The notes beneath the pieces were generated by a model, which ran no database searches, had not been told where the DNA came from, and was given only the letters and a program-made list of their open reading frames with translations. Made by a program: the position numbers and the translations under genes. Below, piece by piece: positions 57,204 through 64,000 of a stretch of DNA of 64,000 nucleotides. Position 1 is the first letter of the stretch, and every line of letters begins with the position of its first letter. Source of the stretch: Patescibacteria group bacterium (lineage in GTDB: Bacteria > Patescibacteriota > Microgenomatia > UBA12405); contig WARW01000001.1 of the NCBI GenBank assembly GCA_013387215.1, positions 12,735 through 76,734 on the forward strand. Direction: 5' to 3'.

Positions 57204-57545
57204 TTATTTTTTTTTGAAAGCCCGATAAGTCCAATATCCCAAATACAAAAATACCAAAGTTTCCATACCAATAACTACTGCAAAAACCATTCCTACCGAG
57301 TTAATCATAAATCCATACCTATGAATATCCCAAATTATTCTGGCGCTGATATATCCAAAAATGGGCATAAAAATTGTGCCGGATAATAAAAATATTTGAG
57401 ATTTATCTTTTTCTCTAGCTAGATTTTTTATAGTCAGTAATGGTTGATTTAAAAGATTATATATATTGCAGATTAATTTCCAGGTCTGTCTAAAAAAAAT
57501 TAAAATCGATAATTGAAAAATTTTTTCGATTCTTTTTTTAATCAT
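57204..57545 (-). CDS. Membrane protein, candidate anti-sigma factor
   Basis: Two TMs, overlaps the stop of the ECF sigma gene. Confidence 0.6.
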   Translation of the reverse strand: MIKKRIEKIFQLSILIFFRQTWKLICNIYNLLNQPLLTIKNLAREKDKSQIFLLSGTIFMPIFGYISARIIWDIHRYGFMINSVGMVFAVVIGMETLVFLYLGYWTYRAFKKK

Positions 57546-58029
57546 AATTCCATACTTCCTTAAATTTTTTCTTAGCTCTAATTAACTTTGATTCCACCGC
57601 CTTAGCACTTATTTCCAAAACTTCAGCAATTTGTCTGATTTTCAGCCCTTCTATATATTTAAGTCGTAATATTTTTATATAACCTGTGTTTAAGTCTTTT
57701 AAGGTATTTTTAATTTCCTCTTTTAGTTCATTTTTTAAAACATCTCTTTCCGGAGTCAAAGCCTTATCGGCAATTTCTTCAAACACTGGGCAGGCAGAAA
57801 ATAAAATAGTTTTTATTTTTTTCTTCCGGTAATAATCAATTATTTTATGTTTAGCAATACTGCAAAGCCAGCTAAATTCACTGCTTTTGCCATTAAAGCT
57901 GGAAATTGAAGTTATCCCCGCCATCATTATATCGTTTGTTAATTCCTCAGCCACTCCTTCATCATCGATTCTTTGTCGGACAAAACTATGAATACTGAAA
58001 TAATATTTTTTATAAAAATCCTCCATCAA
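57538..58029 (-). CDS. ECF RNA polymerase sigma factor
   Basis: AEEL..D, SWL..IA...IIDYYRK, EGL...QIAEVL..S..AVES.L.RAK. Confidence 0.9.
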   Translation of the reverse strand: MMEDFYKKYYFSIHSFVRQRIDDEGVAEELTNDIMMAGITSISSFNGKSSEFSWLCSIAKHKIIDYYRKKKIKTILFSACPVFEEIADKALTPERDVLKNELKEEIKNTLKDLNTGYIKILRLKYIEGLKIRQIAEVLEISAKAVESKLIRAKKKFKEVWNYD

Positions 58030-58068
58030 TGCCTACTTTAACATATTTTAAGCTATACTTTTATTATT

Positions 58069-58860
58069 ATGATATTTAGCCGATCTGCCTCTCCGCTAGA
58101 AAAAATATCTCAAGAACTCCGCATTGATTTGCTGGATATGATTTATCGTTCTGGTGGTGGCCATATTGGCGGTTCGCTTTCTTCTTTGGATCTAATTACT
58201 ACTGCCTATTTTTCGGATATTTTCAATTTCAAAAAAGATCATTTCATTCTTTCTGCTGGTCATTTATGTCCGAGCTTGTATGTTGTTCTGGCTCGTCTCG
58301 GATTTTTTCATAAAAAAACTTTGGCCACATACTCTTCTTTTGGTTCAATTCTTCAAGGCCATGTTTCCAGTGGTGTTCCTGGAGTTGAATATTCTTCCGG
58401 TTCACTTGGTCAAGGGTTGTCTTTTGCTTGTGGTCTAGCCCTAGGGGATAAGAACAATCGCACAATCTGTTTGACTTCCGACGGTGAACATCAGGAAGGC
58501 CAAATTTGGGAAGCTGTTTTATTTGCCAAAAAATACAAGCTTGGCAATTTAATCAACATTGTCGATTACAATGGCTATCAAATTGACGGAAAAACTTCCG
58601 ATATTATGCCTCTTGGAAATTTAGCTGCCAAATATGTTCAGTTTGGCTGGACGGTCACTGCTGTCGATGGCCATGATTTTAATCAACTCCAAAACGCCTA
58701 TAAAAAGGCTCAAAATTCAGATTACCCCAACTGTATTATTGCTAAAACAGTTCTTGGAAAAGGCATTTCTTTTATGGAAAATAATTGTCAGTATCACGAT
58801 GTCAAAAACTTGCCTGAAAATTTGTTTCATAAAGCTTTATTAGAATTAAAAACGACATGA
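58069..58860 (+). CDS. Transketolase, N-terminal subunit
   Basis: GHIGGSLS, LSAGH, SGSLGQG, SDGE.QEG. Confidence 0.93.
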   Translation: MIFSRSASPLEKISQELRIDLLDMIYRSGGGHIGGSLSSLDLITTAYFSDIFNFKKDHFILSAGHLCPSLYVVLARLGFFHKKTLATYSSFGSILQGHVSSGVPGVEYSSGSLGQGLSFACGLALGDKNNRTICLTSDGEHQEGQIWEAVLFAKKYKLGNLINIVDYNGYQIDGKTSDIMPLGNLAAKYVQFGWTVTAVDGHDFNQLQNAYKKAQNSDYPNCIIAKTVLGKGISFMENNCQYHDVKNLPENLFHKALLELKTT

Positions 58861-59807
58861 GCAACTCATTTTTTTCCATCCGGGAAACTTTCGGAAAAAC
58901 TATTACAGAGCTTGGAAAACAAAATAAAAATCTTTATGTCGTCAATGCCGATCTAAAAACACCTTTATTTTTAAATGAATTTGCCAGGCGCTATAAAAAT
59001 CGTTTTATTGAATGTGGCGTGGCTGAAGCCAATGCTGCCGCTGTTGCCGCTGGTCTTGCTAAAACTGGAAAAACTGTCTTTTTGGTTTCTTTTGCCTGTT
59101 TTTCCCCAAGTATTAATTGGAACACCATAAAACAATCGATTTGCTATAACCACGCCAATGTTAAAATTATCGGTTCTCACGCTGGTCTCTTAAGCACCGA
59201 TCTTGGTGCTACCCATCAAATGCTAGAAGATGTTGCCCTAATGACTTCCATGCCTGGTATGGATGTCTTTGCCCCGGTTGATGCTTTTGAAACTGAAAAA
59301 ATAATTAATACTGTTTTTCGCAGCCCAAAGCCTGCCTATGTTCGTCTAGTCAGGCCAGCAACCCCCAGTATTTACCCCAAAACTTTAGGATTCACTATTG
59401 GCAGTTCAAAAGTTATTAAACCCGGTAAAGATCTAACCATAATTTCTTATGGCCCAATCCTAAACCAGGCTCTCGAAGCTCAAGCCAAGCTTGTTCTTGA
59501 ACTTGGCAAAAAAGCCCCATCAATAGAAATCATTAATTGTTCTTCAATAAAACCGCTTGATTTTGAAACGATCAAAAAAAGTGTTCAAAAAACTAAAAGA
59601 TTAATTTGTATTGAAGATCATCAACAAAACGGAGGCTTAGGCCAAATTGTTGCCTCACTCTTGTTAACTAACGGAATTTCTCCTAAATTTATTCACCTTG
59701 CAGTTGATAATCAATTTGGCCAATCAGGCAAATTTTCAGAAGAGTTGTATGATTATTATGGTATTGGTATTTCTAATTTAATAAGTTCCATTAAAAAACT
59801 TTTATGA
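58857..59807 (+). CDS. Transketolase, C-terminal subunit
   Basis: ADL, GVAEAN, GATHQ, EDH...GGLG. Confidence 0.93.
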   Translation: MSNSFFSIRETFGKTITELGKQNKNLYVVNADLKTPLFLNEFARRYKNRFIECGVAEANAAAVAAGLAKTGKTVFLVSFACFSPSINWNTIKQSICYNHANVKIIGSHAGLLSTDLGATHQMLEDVALMTSMPGMDVFAPVDAFETEKIINTVFRSPKPAYVRLVRPATPSIYPKTLGFTIGSSKVIKPGKDLTIISYGPILNQALEAQAKLVLELGKKAPSIEIINCSSIKPLDFETIKKSVQKTKRLICIEDHQQNGGLGQIVASLLLTNGISPKFIHLAVDNQFGQSGKFSEELYDYYGIGISNLISSIKKLL

Positions 59808-60649
59808 AAACCCTAAAAGAAATCTTTGTTGAATACAAATCGAAAGGTTTAGCACTGCCTGCCTTTAACATTGATTCTTTTGAAATTTATCAAGCAGTAG
59901 AGGATGCCGTCAGAGAAACCTATTTGCCCTGTATTGTTCAATTGTCTCCCAGCGAAGATCAGTTTATTCAGGCGGAAAGATTATTCTTATTAGTCAAAAA
60001 AGCCCAACTTGATGGTTTGCCGATCTATTTGAATATGGATCACAATAAAGACATGCTTCGTTTGGAAAAACTAGTTGGTCTTGGTTTTGATATGGTTCAT
60101 TTTGATGGTTCCAGTCTAGATTACGATATCAATCTCAATGTGGCCCAAAAATTTATCAAAGACATCAAGCTTAAATATCCTGAAATCATGGTGGAAGTTG
60201 AATTTAATAAAATAAATTTAGTCAACGACAGTCTTTCTCTAAACAGTCTTACCACCCCTGAAAAAGCTCAAGAATTCATGACTGCAACAAATGCCGATCT
60301 TCTGGCAGTATCGATTGGCAATCTTCATGGTGTCAGCACTACTATTCCTGAACATATCGATCTTGATCTGCTCCAAAAAATTTTTGACAAACTTTCATTG
60401 AATAACTTTATAACTCTTCATGGTGGTTCAGGTATTGGTGATGATCAAATATCCAATGCCATAAAATTCGGCATCGTAAAAATTAATATCAACACTGATT
60501 TAAGATTGAAATTCAAAGAATCCCTAGATCGAAATTTAAAATCAATTTCTACTGAAAAAATCTACGAAATTTTATCTCCCACTATTGAGGAAGTAAAACA
60601 AATTATTAAACATAAATTAACTTTATTCTCTAGTTCTAACTATGTATGA
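59804..60649 (+). CDS. Class II fructose-bisphosphate aldolase family
   Basis: PAFN, MDH, SIGNLHG, LHGGSG, KININTD. Confidence 0.9.
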   Translation: MKTLKEIFVEYKSKGLALPAFNIDSFEIYQAVEDAVRETYLPCIVQLSPSEDQFIQAERLFLLVKKAQLDGLPIYLNMDHNKDMLRLEKLVGLGFDMVHFDGSSLDYDINLNVAQKFIKDIKLKYPEIMVEVEFNKINLVNDSLSLNSLTTPEKAQEFMTATNADLLAVSIGNLHGVSTTIPEHIDLDLLQKIFDKLSLNNFITLHGGSGIGDDQISNAIKFGIVKININTDLRLKFKESLDRNLKSISTEKIYEILSPTIEEVKQIIKHKLTLFSSSNYV

Positions 60650-61556
60650 TGTAATTTCTTTTGGTGCCGCTACAGTTGATATTTTTGCTAAATCTTCTGA
60701 TTTTGTTGTCAAAAACAATCAGCTTTCGGTCGAATATTCTTCAAAAAACGAAATTACTAACAGCTTAATTTGTTCGGGTGGAGGAGCCACTAATTCCTCA
60801 GTATCTTTCTCTCGTTTGGGTCTAAAATCTGCCTGTGTTTCCCTAGTTGGCGATGATCATTTAAATAATTTTATTTTGGATGACTTAAAACTCGATCACG
60901 TTTCAACTAGTTTATTGGTAAAATCTAGTCAGGACACCACTGATTTTTCCATTATTTTAGTAGCCAAAGATGGCGGTCGTTCAATTTTAACCAACAGAGG
61001 TGTTTCTCGGCTGGAAGAAAAACATATTAAATGGGAAAAACTAAAATCTCGTTGGTTTTATATAAGTTCTTTGGAAGGTAATATTGGTCTTTTGGAAAAA
61101 ATAATTGGTTACGCTTGTGAAAACAACATCAAAATTGCTCTTAATCCTGGCAATCGTGAACTAAAACAAAAAAAACTCTTAATTCCTCTCCTAAAATATG
61201 TCGATTTTTTACTTCTAAATAAAACCGAATCAGAAATTATTACTGATTCGCTCATGGGCGAGCCAAAATTTAAAGCTAAAATCGATAAATTTGATTCAAA
61301 GTTGGTGGCTGTTACCAATGGTCATGAAGGTGCCCATATTTTCGATGGCAAAAATCAATATTATTCGCCTATAATCAATGTTAAACCTGTTGATGAAACT
61401 GGAGCCGGTGATGCTTTTGGTTCTGCTTTTGTAGCTGGTTTAATCTATAAGTTGACACCTCAAAAATCACTTTCCTGGGCAATAAAAAATTCTGCTTCTG
61501 CAGTTTCGGTTTTAGGCGCTAAACCAGGTCTTTTGACATTCAATAAAATTAAATAA
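60642..61556 (+). CDS. PfkB-family carbohydrate kinase
   Basis: GGGATN, N..E, DETGAGDAF. Confidence 0.93.
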   Translation: MYDVISFGAATVDIFAKSSDFVVKNNQLSVEYSSKNEITNSLICSGGGATNSSVSFSRLGLKSACVSLVGDDHLNNFILDDLKLDHVSTSLLVKSSQDTTDFSIILVAKDGGRSILTNRGVSRLEEKHIKWEKLKSRWFYISSLEGNIGLLEKIIGYACENNIKIALNPGNRELKQKKLLIPLLKYVDFLLLNKTESEIITDSLMGEPKFKAKIDKFDSKLVAVTNGHEGAHIFDGKNQYYSPIINVKPVDETGAGDAFGSAFVAGLIYKLTPQKSLSWAIKNSASAVSVLGAKPGLLTFNKIK

Positions 61557-62206
61557 TGCTACCAAAACCAGAAAAAATCAGAAAATCTGCCAGCAATGCC
61601 GAACAACTTGATTTGGTTGATACTCTATCTCATGATAAAAAAGTAAAAAATAAACGCCGTTTTGTTTTACTGTTTTTAATTTTAACAGTTGGACTTAGTA
61701 TTGGTTTTTGGACCTACCATTTCTTTAAAACTTTCACTTTTAAAAATCCGATATCTAATTTTAGTTTCAGTCTTCCTCAAATTAATCTTAATAATACCAA
61801 AGCCAGTCAAACTGATTTTGATAAAAATATTCAATCCGTAATTTCCGCCGATCCAAACACTTGGTCAATTTTTATTTACAGTGTTAATCCAGGCAACAAG
61901 ACCTTTACTTATGAAAAGAATGCTTCTGAAATATCTTCAAATTATTCTTCAATCGTTAATAGTTTATCTGCTCAAAAATATTCTTCTCAAAGTTCACTCA
62001 TGAAAGCTTTGCCGCAAGGCACTAAAATTCAAGAAATTGTCGATAAACAAAAAGAATCAATCTCTCAAGAATCATTAATTACTATTCCTCATCAAAATAT
62101 TTTATTTTATTTCAAAATCTCTGGGTCTAATCTCGATCAATCTGAAAAATTAATCCCAACCCTTGTAGAAAAAATCTATTGGCAGCTGATGGACCTAAAC
62201 CAATAA
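61556..62206 (+). CDS. Membrane-anchored hypothetical protein
   Basis: Single TM; TAATG coupling to pfkB. Confidence 0.7.
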   Translation: MLPKPEKIRKSASNAEQLDLVDTLSHDKKVKNKRRFVLLFLILTVGLSIGFWTYHFFKTFTFKNPISNFSFSLPQINLNNTKASQTDFDKNIQSVISADPNTWSIFIYSVNPGNKTFTYEKNASEISSNYSSIVNSLSAQKYSSQSSLMKALPQGTKIQEIVDKQKESISQESLITIPHQNILFYFKISGSNLDQSEKLIPTLVEKIYWQLMDLNQ

Positions 62207-62632
62207 TTTATTACTTTTAAATTCATTTGTATCCTCAACTATACTGATTAGTTTTGATTTTTTATCTAATCCTTTGAGCTTAATCATTGCTTCCAAATAA
62301 TCGCCGATTAATCTTTTGTATATTTTTATTTTTTCATCTTCATCTTTTAATTCTGATCTAATAATAATCACTGCCAGTTTGTCTTTAAAATCGCTTCTAA
62401 AGATATATTGAATCATATTTTTCAGCAAACAATATTGATTTTCATTTTCAAAATAATCATCAATAACCAAGACATCAGTAGAGTTTATATATTTTTTACA
62501 ATCAGCTAAATTACGGCATAAATATACACGTTTTGGTTTTTCCCGTTCTAGATAATCCAAAACGGATTGACGGATGCTGATATTCATAACAAATTTACCG
62601 GTCAAAGAAAAATCGTCATAAGTTGCTAACAT
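62195..62632 (-). CDS. Hypothetical protein
   Basis: 145-aa ORF, alpha/beta pattern (VLVIDD). Confidence 0.6.
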   Translation of the reverse strand: MLATYDDFSLTGKFVMNISIRQSVLDYLEREKPKRVYLCRNLADCKKYINSTDVLVIDDYFENENQYCLLKNMIQYIFRSDFKDKLAVIIIRSELKDEDEKIKIYKRLIGDYLEAMIKLKGLDKKSKLISIVEDTNEFKSNKLLV

Positions 62633-62699
62633 AGTGTGTTATATGTCACAATTAATAACTAATTAATTATATGAAAAATAAAAATCGCTTGTCCAGTAC

Positions 62700-64000
62700 T
62701 TAGTTTGGTTGATGATTGGCACATGGATTATTTATTGCCACACCTTTGGAATAAAACTGATCTTGGCCACATGTATTTTCTTTATATAAATCATCAGGAA
62801 CTTCCCATTTTTCATCATCTTTGTTTTTCAAAACCTCACTTATTATTTTGTTCCAAACAGGAGTTGCTCCAGTCACCCCAGACGCCACCCAGCTCATTGG
62901 TGTTCCGTCATTGTTTCCCACCCAAGTCGCCACTAAAACGCTAGGTGACCAGCCGATACACCAATTATCTTTTAAATTATTGGTTGTTCCGGTTTTCACT
63001 GCCACTGTTTTTCCTGGAATCACTAATTTTGAACTGGTTCCAAATATCGGTGCTCTGGCAAAATTATCGCTTAATGCATCATTAATCAAAAAAGCATCTT
63101 CTTTTTTAACCACTTCTTTTTCCTCATTATGTTTTTCATATATAGTTTCGCCCAAATAGTTTTGGATTTTTAAAATTGGATTGACTTCAATTTTTTTACC
63201 GGAATTGGCAAAAATCGAATACGCTTGAGCTAGATCAGTCATTTTTACCTCAGCGCTCCCTAATGCCAAAGAAAGACCATATCTTGATCGGTCTTTCCAT
63301 GTAGTTATTCCCATTGATTCAGCCAAATTTATCATATTATCTACTCCGTTTTGAGACAGCAATTTAACTGATGGGACATTTAATGAAGAAGCTAAAGCTG
63401 TTTTTAGAGTTACTCTTCCCATAAATTTTCCTGTGTAATCTTGCGGTGAATATGGTTTTTGTCCGGGGACATAATAAGTCACTGGTGTATCATCAATGGT
63501 TGACGCCAAACTATATCCATTTTCCAAAGCTAATAAATAATTTATCGGTTTTATAGATGAACCTGGCTGTCTTAAACCAGTCGTAACATTAAATTGGCCG
63601 TCAATATCCTTAGCGTTATAATCTTTTGACCCCACCATTGCCAAAATATCTCCGTTTTTGACATCCAAAACTAACGCGGCTCCGTTACTGATTTTCAAAT
63701 TTTTAATATTATCGACTTCATCTTTGACTATTTTTTCTGACATTTTTTGAGTGTTCAAATCCAAGCTGGTGGTGATTGTTAATCCCAATTTTCCAAAATT
63801 TTCATAACCATATTTTTGTTCCAAAATACTTTTTACATAAAAAACAAAATGAGGTGCTTGGATTTTTTGATTTTCTTTGGTAATTTCCACTTTTTCCTTC
63901 AAAATATTATCTGCTGTTTCCTGGTTAATAAATTTAGCATTAACCATTTCTTCAATTACATGTTTTTGCCGATAAAACCCGTAATCTGGGTTATTGCCAA
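62700..64000 (-). CDS. Class A penicillin-binding protein, C-terminal part (5' end outside window)
   Basis: RQPGSSIK (SxxK), SLN, KTGTT. Confidence 0.92.
   Translation of the reverse strand, partial: GNNPDYGFYRQKHVIEEMVNAKFINQETADNILKEKVEITKENQKIQAPHFVFYVKSILEQKYGYENFGKLGLTITTSLDLNTQKMSEKIVKDEVDNIKNLKISNGAALVLDVKNGDILAMVGSKDYNAKDIDGQFNVTTGLRQPGSSIKPINYLLALENGYSLASTIDDTPVTYYVPGQKPYSPQDYTGKFMGRVTLKTALASSLNVPSVKLLSQNGVDNMINLAESMGITTWKDRSRYGLSLALGSAEVKMTDLAQAYSIFANSGKKIEVNPILKIQNYLGETIYEKHNEEKEVVKKEDAFLINDALSDNFARAPIFGTSSKLVIPGKTVAVKTGTTNNLKDNWCIGWSPSVLVATWVGNNDGTPMSWVASGVTGATPVWNKIISEVLKNKDDEKWEVPDDLYKENTCGQDQFYSKGVAINNPCANHQPN

Overview
A low-GC bacterial chromosome segment. Its gene content and style suggest a small-genome Patescibacteria/CPR organism (inference): split transketolase, mostly CCA-less tRNAs, apparently leaderless housekeeping genes. 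1-5229 is the right end of an element integrated at tRNA-Ser(GGA). It carries a Rep-like ORF, a primase and a large serine recombinase whose frame runs through the tRNA. Housekeeping blocks include clpB and groES/groEL with CIRCE operators, a two-component/MacAB-type efflux operon, an Rrf2 redox operon, glycolysis and pentose-phosphate genes, and six tRNAs. These are interleaved with accessory genes. The most striking locus is 30839-41319: two tandem paralogous operons, each encoding a kinase-fold protein lacking the catalytic Asp, a VWA protein and a divergent adenylosuccinate-synthetase-family ligase. One operon contains two type III hammerhead ribozymes in its intergenic spacers, and three proteins of the locus share an N-terminal WLTxxVL motif. 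Also present are an RloC-like nuclease and a radical SAM/SPASM enzyme with a 9-Cys precursor peptide. A hairpin + boxA-like + strong Shine-Dalgarno leader recurs in front of accessory genes and is absent from the housekeeping genes I inspected. All calls are by eye; no searches were run.
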